A program made the position numbers and the translations under genes. A stretch of DNA of 64,000 bases from Bacteroidia bacterium (lineage in GTDB: Bacteria > Bacteroidota > Bacteroidia > Palsa-965). This document shows positions 48,116 through 56,594 of the stretch, one piece after another. How positions within the stretch are numbered: the stretch's first letter is position 1; each line of letters begins with the position of its first letter. Location: the NCBI GenBank assembly GCA_025454955.1, contig JALONL010000015.1, positions 72,230-136,229 of the forward strand, written 5' to 3'. The notes under the pieces were generated by a model. The model was not told where the DNA came from and ran no database searches. It worked only from the letters and a program-made list of their open reading frames with translations.

Positions 48116-48808
48116 ATGCTCATCCTCCACATAGAAACCGCCACCGGCGTATGCGCTGCAGCCCTCTCCGATGGCTCAAAACTGCTGGCCAGACGCACGG
48201 TAAACGAAGCCAACGTACACGCCGAAAAACTCACACTTTTTTGCGAAGAAATAATGCGCGAAACCGGCGTACAGTTTTCGCAGTTGAATGCGGTGTGTGT
48301 GAGCAAAGGGCCGGGATCGTACACCGGATTGCGCATAGGCGTATCGGCGGCAAAGGGATTTTGTTATGCACTAAACATTCCGCTGCTGGCCGTGAATACG
48401 CTGGAGGCATTGGCCTACGGCATGAAAGCCGAAGCAGAGCCGGGCACTTTGCTTTGCCCCATGCTGGATGCGCGGCGCATGGAAGTGTATTATGCCGTGT
48501 ACAACGACAAACTGGAAGAAGTACAGCCCACTGAGCCGTTGGTAGTGGAGGAAAATAGTTTTGCCGCGCTGCTCGAAAAACAGCCGGTACTTTTTGCGGG
48601 CGACGGAATGCCCAAATGCCGGACAATATTGGAAGCATATACCAATGCCCGTTTCAGCACGGTTTTGCCTGCGGCGGAGCATTTGATTGAACCTGCGCTG
48701 AAAAAACTGGCTGCCGGCGATACGGAAGATATTGCGTGGTTTGAGCCGTTTTACCTGAAAACGTTTCAGCCCGGGCCGATGCGTTCGTCGGGGGGCGGGG
48801 GCGCGTAA
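48116..48808 (+). CDS. tsaB: tRNA threonylcarbamoyladenosine biosynthesis protein TsaB
   Basis: LHIETAT, HAEKL, VSKGPGSYTGLRIG, DARRMEVY, EPFYLK. Confidence 0.95.
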   Translation: MLILHIETATGVCAAALSDGSKLLARRTVNEANVHAEKLTLFCEEIMRETGVQFSQLNAVCVSKGPGSYTGLRIGVSAAKGFCYALNIPLLAVNTLEALAYGMKAEAEPGTLLCPMLDARRMEVYYAVYNDKLEEVQPTEPLVVEENSFAALLEKQPVLFAGDGMPKCRTILEAYTNARFSTVLPAAEHLIEPALKKLAAGDTEDIAWFEPFYLKTFQPGPMRSSGGGGA

Positions 48809-48843
48809 GTTTGTTTGGAATACCTGACGTAACTTATTCCAGC

Positions 48844-48958
48844 CGGGATTGCAGCGGAAACCCGGCAGCAGTAAAACAGCAGTGCCCAACTCTTCGAGGT
48901 TTTCGGAAACCTCGAAGAGTTGGGGTTTATTATTTTTTCTGCTGCCGCGTTGCAGCGG
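48844..48958. repeat. REP-like nested-palindrome element, family B copy 1
   Basis: Inner 40-bp palindrome 48885-48924 (CCCAACTCTTCGAGGTTTTC/GGAAACCTCGAAGAGTTGGG) within outer IR GGCAGCAG..AAAA/TTTT..CTGCTGCC. Confidence 0.85.
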
Positions 48959-49023
48959 AAAGCACGTACAGGTGATTGTGAATTGCCGCTAAAGGTTCGC
49001 TCCAAAAAATTTTTTCTCCCCGT

Positions 49024-49050
49024 CGAAGGATTTTTCCGGTAAACTCGTCT
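49024..49050 (+). promoter_or_regulatory. Putative ECF promoter P1 (sigma gene, autoregulation)
   Basis: CGAAGG-N15-TCGTCT. Confidence 0.7.
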
Positions 49051-49105
49051 CACCCGTGAGACGAGTTTTAGTTATCTTTTCATTCCCAAACCACACCGCT
49101 GCCGC

Positions 49106-49654
49106 TTGAATCTGGAGGAGCTTTATCATCAGTATAAAAACATGGTGTATAACCTGGCGCTCCACTATGTGCAAAACGTGGAGGACGCAGAGGAAATTAC
49201 ACAGGATGTTTTTCTGGCCGTGCATCAGTCGATAGACGGGTTTGAGCAGCGCGCGGCGGTGAGTACGTGGATGTACCGGATTACGATAAACAAATCGCTT
49301 GACTTTATTCGCAGCCGCAAGCGCAAGAAACGGTTTGCGTTTATTACCTCGCTGTTTGGCGAAGACGGTCGCGAAAACGTGCAGATATACTCGAATTTTA
49401 ACCACCCGGGCGCGGCACTCGAACAGAAAGAGGCCATGCAACGCATTTTTGCCTGCATCAATTCGTTGCCCGACAGCCAGAAAACGGCGTTGATACTGAT
49501 GAAAATAGAAGGCCGCAGCCAGCAGGAAACCGCCGAAATTATGAATACCACGGCAAAGGCCGTTGAATCGCTGGTGCAGCGGGCCAAGGTGAGTCTGGTA
49601 AAAAAATTAGAGGCGGCCGAAGGAAATGCTAACGGAAGTCGTTTAACCCAATAA
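49106..49654 (+). CDS. ECF RNA polymerase sigma-70 factor
   Basis: TTG start; DAEEITQDVF, TWMYRITINKSLD (region 2), LPDSQKTA..L...EG.S..ETAEIM (region 4). Confidence 0.93.
   Translation: MNLEELYHQYKNMVYNLALHYVQNVEDAEEITQDVFLAVHQSIDGFEQRAAVSTWMYRITINKSLDFIRSRKRKKRFAFITSLFGEDGRENVQIYSNFNHPGAALEQKEAMQRIFACINSLPDSQKTALILMKIEGRSQQETAEIMNTTAKAVESLVQRAKVSLVKKLEAAEGNANGSRLTQ
49618..49644 (+). promoter_or_regulatory. Putative ECF promoter P2 (inside the 3' end of the sigma gene)
   Basis: CGAAGG-N15-TCGTTT, 21 bp before ATG 49666. Confidence 0.7.
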
Positions 49655-49665
49655 TTGATACCGCA

Positions 49666-49911
49666 ATGAAAACCGACCTTGAACTTTTAAGTACTCTGCA
49701 GCGTGCCGAAGTATCGCCGTTTTTGTGGACACGCATACAGGCCCGCATACAGGCCGGTGCGGTGGCCAGGGTAAAACCTGCGCTGGCCTGGGCCGCGCTG
49801 GGTGCTGCAATGGTGGTGCTGGCGGTAAACATTGCTTTTGTGGCGGTGCAGCCTGCGCAAAACGAAAGTGCAGGAATGCCCTCTACGCTCAATAACCTGT
49901 ACAATGAATAA
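49666..49911 (+). CDS. Small single-TM protein, probable anti-sigma factor
   Basis: 81 aa directly after the ECF sigma; EVSPFLWTRIQARI cytoplasmic segment, one TM helix, LNNLYNE tail. Confidence 0.65.
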   Translation: MKTDLELLSTLQRAEVSPFLWTRIQARIQAGAVARVKPALAWAALGAAMVVLAVNIAFVAVQPAQNESAGMPSTLNNLYNE

Positions 49912-50368
49912 AAGCAAACTCTTCGTCGCACTCATTGTACTGCTGCTGCTGGCCAACGTGGTGCTGCTGGTGTTTGCCTTTGGCGACCGCCCCGGGTCCC
50001 GCGAACGACGTGGCGCACTGAGAGAGCGGATAATTAATCAACTGCATTTTGACCAGGCACAGGCCGACAAATACGAACTGCTGATACACGAACACCGCAG
50101 TACGGTAGATGCCAAAAGCGACGAAATTTCGCAACTGCGCCGGCAAATGTATGCCGCTCTCAAAACCGGCGACAGTGCCGCAAACGACTCGCTACGCCAC
50201 GAAATTGGCAAACTGCAGATTGAAACAGAACTGGTGCATTACAACCATTTCAAAGGCATACGCGCCCTGTGCCGCCCCGATCAGTTACCGGCCTTCGACA
50301 CCATGCTGCCCGAATTAGCCAAAGCATTCAGCCATCAGAAACCTCCGCGACCGCCGCAAGGCCACTAA
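49904..50368 (+). CDS. Spy/CpxP-like (periplasmic heavy-metal sensor) helical protein
   Basis: N-terminal anchor LLLLANV, helical body, HF..IRALC.P.Q...F motif; start at MNKSKL. Confidence 0.7.
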   Translation: MNKSKLFVALIVLLLLANVVLLVFAFGDRPGSRERRGALRERIINQLHFDQAQADKYELLIHEHRSTVDAKSDEISQLRRQMYAALKTGDSAANDSLRHEIGKLQIETELVHYNHFKGIRALCRPDQLPAFDTMLPELAKAFSHQKPPRPPQGH

Positions 50369-50370
50369 CC

Positions 50371-51054
50371 ATGAAAACGTTTTACCTGCTGCTGCTTTGT
50401 ATTTGCTGCCGCGTGGCCGTTACAGCCCACACGGTGCAGGTAAATTTTACGCCGGTGTTTGGCTCACAGATACTGAAGCCAGGACAAACCCATTACCACA
50501 CTTCCACTGCCGACAGCATACGCATTGAGGTTTGCCGCTTCTACATTTCGCACATAAAGTTTATGCACGATAAAAATGTGGTGTTTGATGCCGCCGCACA
50601 GGTGTATCTCATAGACATGGCCGATACGGTTTCGCAGCAACTGCAATTTACTTTGCCCGATGGCGTAAACTGGAATGCCATTTCGTTTTGCCTCGGCACC
50701 GACAGTGCGACCAATGTATCGGGCGCGCTGGGCGGAAGCCTCGACCCGGCAAACGGCATGTACTGGGCCTGGCAGAGCGGCTACATAAATTTTAAACTCG
50801 AAGGCAGTTCGCCGCGATGCACCGCGCGCAAGCATGAATTTCAGTTTCACTTAGGCGGATATGCCAGCCCGTTTGCCACTTTGCAGCAGATTCGTTTGGA
50901 TTGTGTACAAAGCAGCAACATAAATGTGGTGTGCGATACCGCAAAGTTTTTCGATTACACAGATGTAAAAACCACCGCAGCCATAATGTCGCCGGGAGCG
51001 CGGGCGGTGGAATTGTCGGTTGCGGCGGCGGGGTTGTTTGCAGTGAAGCCATGA
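50371..51054 (+). CDS. MbnP-like protein
   Basis: Signal peptide; FYISHI, LG.DS..N.SG...G.LDP.NGMYWAWQSGYINFKLEG with WxW motif (50764-50772); FHLGGY. Confidence 0.8.
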   Translation: MKTFYLLLLCICCRVAVTAHTVQVNFTPVFGSQILKPGQTHYHTSTADSIRIEVCRFYISHIKFMHDKNVVFDAAAQVYLIDMADTVSQQLQFTLPDGVNWNAISFCLGTDSATNVSGALGGSLDPANGMYWAWQSGYINFKLEGSSPRCTARKHEFQFHLGGYASPFATLQQIRLDCVQSSNINVVCDTAKFFDYTDVKTTAAIMSPGARAVELSVAAAGLFAVKP

Positions 51055-52103
51055 GGAAAAGCACACTCATACTCGGCCTGCTTGGCGTGGTGATACTGGC
51101 TTTCAGAAGCTGGAATCCGGGGCCGGCAACGCCTGCGCATTTTCCGAAGCCGGTGTATGATTTTGCACGCAATCCGCTGCGCAGCGAAACCGTGCAGCTT
51201 GGCCGTGCGCTGTTTTACGATCCGCTGCTGTCGGTAAACAACGGTATTTCCTGCGCCTCGTGCCACTCGCAGTACAACGGCTTTGCACATGCCGACCATG
51301 CCCTGAGCCACGGCATTTTCGATTCAATAGGCACACGCAATGCTCCGGCGCTGATGAACCTTGCCTGGCAGAAGAGTTTTATGTGGGATGGTGCCGTTAA
51401 CCACCTCGATGTGCAGGCACTGGCACCCATTACACACCCCAAAGAAATGGGCGAAACGCTGAACGGTGTAATTAAAAAACTCAATGCCTCGGTCATTTAT
51501 CCTTCGCTGTTTTACAATGCCTTTGGCGACTCTGCCATTACCGGTCAGCGTGTGTTGCTGGCTCTTTCGCAGTTTCAGCTTACGCTCATTTCAGCCAATG
51601 CAAAGTACGACAGTGTGAAAGCAGGCAAAGCCGTTTTTACACCTCAGCAGCAACGCGGCTATGCCCTGTTTAAAACGCACTGCAACACCTGCCACCGCGA
51701 ACCGATGTTTACCACAGGCGCATTCAGCAGCAACGGTTTACCGGTAGATACTACGCTGAACGATTACGGCCGCGGTGCCATTACACACCGCAGCGCCGAC
51801 TCGCTGCTGTTTAAAATTCCCACCCTGCGCAATATTGAGTTTACCTACCCTTACATGCACGACGGGCGTTTCACACGGCTTTCGCAGGTACTCAATCATT
51901 ACACCTCGGGCATTGTGCCGCATAAAAACCTGCCAGCCGAACTTCAAAAACCCATCTCACTCAGCCCCGAAGAAAAGGTAGATCTCACCGCATTCCTGCT
52001 CACACTCACCGATAAAAAATTCCTTTACAATCCCGCCTATTCCTATCCGAAAGAAATTTTTTCGCGAGGCCGAAGGAATCCGGCTTCACTCTCGTCTCAG
52101 TAA
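51051..52103 (+). CDS. Di-haem cytochrome c peroxidase, MbnH/MauG-like
   Basis: Two CxxCH motifs (CASCH, CNTCH), LGRALFYDP.LS, RNAPAL.NLAW, FKIPTLRNI, PYMHDGRF; start at MRKSTL (51051). Confidence 0.9.
   Translation: MRKSTLILGLLGVVILAFRSWNPGPATPAHFPKPVYDFARNPLRSETVQLGRALFYDPLLSVNNGISCASCHSQYNGFAHADHALSHGIFDSIGTRNAPALMNLAWQKSFMWDGAVNHLDVQALAPITHPKEMGETLNGVIKKLNASVIYPSLFYNAFGDSAITGQRVLLALSQFQLTLISANAKYDSVKAGKAVFTPQQQRGYALFKTHCNTCHREPMFTTGAFSSNGLPVDTTLNDYGRGAITHRSADSLLFKIPTLRNIEFTYPYMHDGRFTRLSQVLNHYTSGIVPHKNLPAELQKPISLSPEEKVDLTAFLLTLTDKKFLYNPAYSYPKEIFSRGRRNPASLSSQ
52071..52097 (+). promoter_or_regulatory. Putative ECF promoter P3 (inside the 3' end of the peroxidase gene)
   Basis: CGAAGG-N15-TCGTCT, 22 bp before ATG 52120. 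Confidence 0.7.
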
Positions 52104-52119
52104 ATAAATCCAAACCCGA

Positions 52120-53472
52120 ATGACACGCTACACTCCTCTACTCGCTTTGCTGCTTGCGCCGTTTGCGGCCAATGCACAGGGCCCGGCCATTACAAGCTGG
52201 CTGCAGAACACCACCATTACCGGCCAGTATTACGTGCAAAGTAATCCTACGCCCATTAACAACAACATTGTGGCCAATGTGCAAACCGTACAATATTCCA
52301 CCAGTTGGGTATATGTAAGCACACACGGTATTCCCACATACATCACCGGCCCTTACCTCGACGGAAATCCGTCCATTGCCAGCGACCAGAACGCCATTTT
52401 CCGTTTCCCGCTCAGTCCGCAGCCCAACACCGGCACACCCACCAGCACTGTGCCTGCCAACATTGGCGTATTCATAAACGGTGTGGCGTTGTTTGATTAT
52501 CGCGATGGTGTTTCGTGGCGCAATGCATCGGGCACCGAGCAGGGCGGCCCCATTCCCGGCCCTCCCGGCGATGGCGTATGGAACCGCGATGCCATTGTGG
52601 CCGAACTCACGGGATTCGACTGTGCAAAAGGTCACCCGGCTATGGGCAATTATCACCATCACCAAAACCCTTCGGCGTTTGATCTCGACCTGAATGTAAT
52701 TTCCACCATCTGCTCTACGTATGATGCCGACGGACTTTACATTATAGACAGCACCGTACACTCGCCCCTGCTGGGTTTTGCCTACGACGGTTATCCGATT
52801 TACGGTGCATACGGCTACCTGAACACCAACGGCACCGGCGGCATTGTGCGCATGAAATCGAGCTATCAGTTGCGCAACATTACCGTGCGCACACACTACG
52901 CCGACGGAAGCGATGTAACCGATGGCCCGCCCGTGAGCACCACCTATCCGCTTGGCCGCTACCGCGAAGATTACGAATACATTGCCCACCCCAACGATCC
53001 TGATTACTTAGACGAGCACAACGGCCGCTTCTGCATCACCCCCGAATATCCGAATGGTACGTATGCTTACTTCTGCACGGTGGATGCCGGCTGGAACTCG
53101 GCCTATCCGTATGTGATTGGGCCTACATTTTACGGCATTGTATCGGCCTCGGAAGTAACCAGCATTAACGAGCCTACAACGGTGTACAATGCGCCTTCGG
53201 GAATGAGTGAGCAGGATTTCGGGCAATTGCGTTTTTCGCTTTACCCAAACCCTTCTTCCGAATTTGTAATGGTGCAGGCCGGTAATATGGTTACTGATAA
53301 TCTATCGGTAAAGGTGTTTGATGCTTCGGGACGAATGATTCAGCAAACACAGATTTACCAGGGAAGTACATTGGCCTATATTGATACGCGAACCATGTAC
53401 GACGGAATTTATTTTGCCGAAATTTCAAACGGCGATCACAAGGAAGTGCTGAAGTTTGTGGTAGCGCATTAA
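52120..53472 (+). CDS. YHYH-domain protein with T9SS type A C-terminal domain
   Basis: IGVFINGV, GHP..GNYHHHQ (YHHH variant), HSPLLGFAYDGYPIYG, LDEHNGR, YAYF; CTD LYPNP...GIYF.EI. Confidence 0.85.
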   Translation: MTRYTPLLALLLAPFAANAQGPAITSWLQNTTITGQYYVQSNPTPINNNIVANVQTVQYSTSWVYVSTHGIPTYITGPYLDGNPSIASDQNAIFRFPLSPQPNTGTPTSTVPANIGVFINGVALFDYRDGVSWRNASGTEQGGPIPGPPGDGVWNRDAIVAELTGFDCAKGHPAMGNYHHHQNPSAFDLDLNVISTICSTYDADGLYIIDSTVHSPLLGFAYDGYPIYGAYGYLNTNGTGGIVRMKSSYQLRNITVRTHYADGSDVTDGPPVSTTYPLGRYREDYEYIAHPNDPDYLDEHNGRFCITPEYPNGTYAYFCTVDAGWNSAYPYVIGPTFYGIVSASEVTSINEPTTVYNAPSGMSEQDFGQLRFSLYPNPSSEFVMVQAGNMVTDNLSVKVFDASGRMIQQTQIYQGSTLAYIDTRTMYDGIYFAEISNGDHKEVLKFVVAH

Positions 53473-53610
53473 CCTATATTACATCCCCCCGGAATATCCA
53501 GCTGCATCTGAATGGTGTGGCCGGATTTTTTATTTGGTGATTGATGTGTGTGAAAAGTAGTTTGTAAACTGGAAACGGGGGGATTGAATACCAGGCGAAG
53601 TTTATAATAG

Positions 53611-53632
53611 CCCCGACAAAAAAATGTCGGGG
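53611..53632 (+). terminator. Short hairpin after the cassette
   Basis: CCCCGACA-aaaaaa-TGTCGGGG. Confidence 0.5.
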
Positions 53633-53637
53633 CAGGC

Positions 53638-53754
53638 TGGGATTGCAGCGGAAACCCGGCAGCAGCAAAAACAGCAGGGTGCCCAACTTTCCGAGGTTTC
53701 CGGAAACCTCGGAGAGTTGGGGTTTATTATTTTTTGCTGCTGCCGGGTTGCAGC
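53638..53754. repeat. REP-like nested-palindrome element, family B copy 2
   Basis: Same orientation as 48844-48958; outer 19-bp perfect IR 53653-53671/53731-53749, inner 40-bp palindrome 53682-53721. Confidence 0.85.
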
Positions 53755-53832
53755 CAACGCTTCGCGTCCGATTTTTTACGCTTCGCGTATTTGCAGATTG
53801 AAAGAAAGAAATCCACAGCCCATTTTTGCAGC

Positions 53833-54246
53833 ATGATATTCAGCTCAAACACCCAGCTCATGTGCGGAATACTGCTGATAACAGTTCCCACCATAGCCTA
53901 CGGCGGAAGTTTTTTGCTTCGTGTGCTTTCTGGGTCGATAGCCATGCCGTTTACGGCTTTTCAGAAATCCATGTTCAGGGCCGGACATGCGCACGCGGGT
54001 GTGCTGGTGCTGCTGGCCTTAATTGTGCAGCCGCTTATTGAAGCTGTGGGCTATCCGTTGTTTACCGAATGGTTGCTGCGCGCTTCTTTTGGCGCAGCGG
54101 CGATGCTGGTGAGCGGGGGATTTTTTGCCGCCGCCGGACATAAAAACGCCGAAAAGCCCAACAAATGGATTATGCTGGTGTGGATTGGCGCGGTGCTGCT
54201 TTCGGTGGCGCTGTTCATACTTGGACTTGGATTAATACTCAATTAA
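53833..54246 (+). CDS. Four-TM membrane protein
   Basis: FRAGHAHAGVLV motif and four hydrophobic helices; start at MIFSSN. Confidence 0.7.
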   Translation: MIFSSNTQLMCGILLITVPTIAYGGSFLLRVLSGSIAMPFTAFQKSMFRAGHAHAGVLVLLALIVQPLIEAVGYPLFTEWLLRASFGAAAMLVSGGFFAAAGHKNAEKPNKWIMLVWIGAVLLSVALFILGLGLILN

Positions 54247-54274
54247 AACGCTTTTAATAACTTCATTCCCGAAA

Positions 54275-56335
54275 ATGAAATACCTGCACTACTTCCTGTT
54301 TCTCTTTTTGGCGCTGCCTGCAATTTCGGCGGCCCAAACACCTTCGCAAACCGTGCGCGGAAAGGTGGTTGACAATCAAACAAAATCGGTACTGCCCGGT
54401 GTGGTGGTAATTCTTGGCGACAGCGGCGCGGCACTGCGCACCACGGCCACCGATGCTTCGGGCAATTTCCGTTTCGAAACGGTTGAAGTGGGCCGCCGAC
54501 TGCTGCGGTTTAAACTGCTCGGCTACCGCGAACGTGCCATGAACATTGTGGTGAGCGCCGGAAAAGAAGTAGTGTTAACGATAGAACTCGAAGAATCGGT
54601 AGTGCAGGCGAAAGAAGTGGTGATTACTGCACAGGACCAGAAAGGCAAGCCGAATAACGAAATGGCCACCGTGAGTTCGCGCTCGTTTTCTATTGAAGAA
54701 ACACAGCGTTTTGCAGGAAGTCTGGGCGACCCGTCGCGCATGGCTGCCAACTACGCAGGCGTGAGCGGCGCACAGGATTCGCGCAATGATGTGGTGGTGC
54801 GCGGAAATTCGCCGTTAGGTGTGCTGTGGCGTTTAAACGGACTTGATATTCCAAACCCCAACCACTTTGGTTCGTTTGGAAGCACCGGCGGCCCGGTAAG
54901 TATTTTAAACAACAACGTGCTCGACAATTCCGATTTCATGTCGGGCGCTTTCCCGGCCGAATACGGTAATGCCACGGCCGCCGCTTTTGATCTGAAACTG
55001 CGCAACGGAAACAACGAGAAGTTTGAGTTTCTGGGCCAGGTGGCGTTTAACGGATTTGAAGGCGGTATTGAAGGGCCATTGAGCAAAAAGCACAATGCTT
55101 CGTTTCTGGTCAACTACCGCTATTCCACACTCGGACTTTTCAATCAGCTTGGAATAAACTTTGGCACCGGAACAGCCGTGCCGAAATATCAGGATCTTTC
55201 GTTTAAACTTAATTTCCCTACCGAAATGCTGGGCACATTTTCGGTATGGGGCATTGGCGGACTGAGCTACATTGAACTGCTCGACAGCAAACGCGATACC
55301 ACACAGCTTGATCTTTACACCATTGGCGGATTTGATACGTATTACGAAACGCGCATGGGTGTGGGCGGGTTTACACACATTATTTCATTCGGCGATCGCA
55401 GCTACGGACGGTTGAATATTGGCATGACCACGCAGCAAAATTTCGTGCGCCTCGATTCGGTTTCATTTTCCGACAATACATTCTGGCCCAGCTACGGCAG
55501 TAAATTCACTCAAACACGCATTACCGGAAATTACACCGTAGTTACCAAATTCAACTCGCGCAATACCCTGAAATCTGGAGTATATGCCGATCTGCTCAAC
55601 TTCCTGCTGCTCGACAGCACCAACATTACACCCACCACATTCCGCCGCCTGCGCGATACCGACGACGGCACCGAACTGCTTCAGGCATACACACAATGGC
55701 AGCATAAATTTACCGACCTGCTTACACTCAACACCGGCATTCATTACCAGCAACTGCTGCTCAACAATTCGGTAAGTATTGAGCCGCGTGTAGGTTTGCG
55801 CTGGCAGTACGACGAGAAAAACGCATTTAGCTTTGGTTCCGGCCTTCACAGCCAGATGCAGACCATTTTCACCTACTTCAACCAAACCTATCTGCCCGAC
55901 GGCTCGTACCTGCGCACCAACGAAGAACTTGGTTTTACACGCAGCATTCACGCCGTGCTGGCCTGGGATCGCACGCTGGGCAAAAACGCCCGCTTGAAAG
56001 TGGAAACCTACTACCAGCATTTGTACGATGTGCCCGGATTAGAACGCGTGTCGATATACTCCGGCCTGAATGAAGGTGCCGATTTCAATTCGCCCAACAC
56101 CGACAGTCTGGTAAACAACGGCACCGGCCGCAACTACGGAATAGAACTTACTGCCGAGCGTTTTTACAATAAGGGCTGGTATTTCCTCACCACAGTATCG
56201 TTGTTCGAATCGAAGTACACCAGCTTTGGCAGCAGCGAACGCAACACGGCATTCAACGGCAACTATGTGGTGAATGTGCTGGGCGGCAAGGAAATAAAAT
56301 TCGGCCCCAAAGATAGTAACTTATCCACTTTGTAG
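54275..56335 (+). pseudogene. TonB-dependent receptor, 3'-truncated
   Basis: Normal N-domain and plug (DPSRMAANYAGV, VVRGNSPLGVLWRL) but the barrel stops at NVLGGKEIKFGPK followed by DSNLSTL*; no terminal aromatic strand; composition drops abruptly at about 56310. Confidence 0.75.
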
Positions 56336-56513
56336 AACGCTCTTATTTTCAATAGGTTAAGAGGTAAAAATAAAAGGTGGAGTAACGTATAAGTAACAAA
56401 AACGAGGGAAAGCACTGTTTTGTGCTGTTTTTGCATATACCAGACTTATGCTTGTAGATTTTGCATTATGTCTCGATCATTACAAAGAACTATATACAAA
56501 TATAGGATTTTCT

Positions 56514-56572
56514 CTAAAATAAGTAAGCCGATTTTACAGAAAGTTACTTCGTCAAAATCGGCTTAATTTTAG
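56514..56572 (-). terminator. Hairpin ending the minus-strand island genes
   Basis: TAAGCCGATTTT (56524-56535) / AAAATCGGCTTA (56554-56565), extended by CTAAAAT/ATTTTAG. Confidence 0.6.
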
Positions 56573-56594
56573 GAGTACATCAATTATTCTTTAG

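Noticed and set aside
56443-56478. Possible dif/Xer site near the island junction
   Set aside because: Only an imperfect inverted repeat; it does not fit the 11-6-11 dif layout convincingly.
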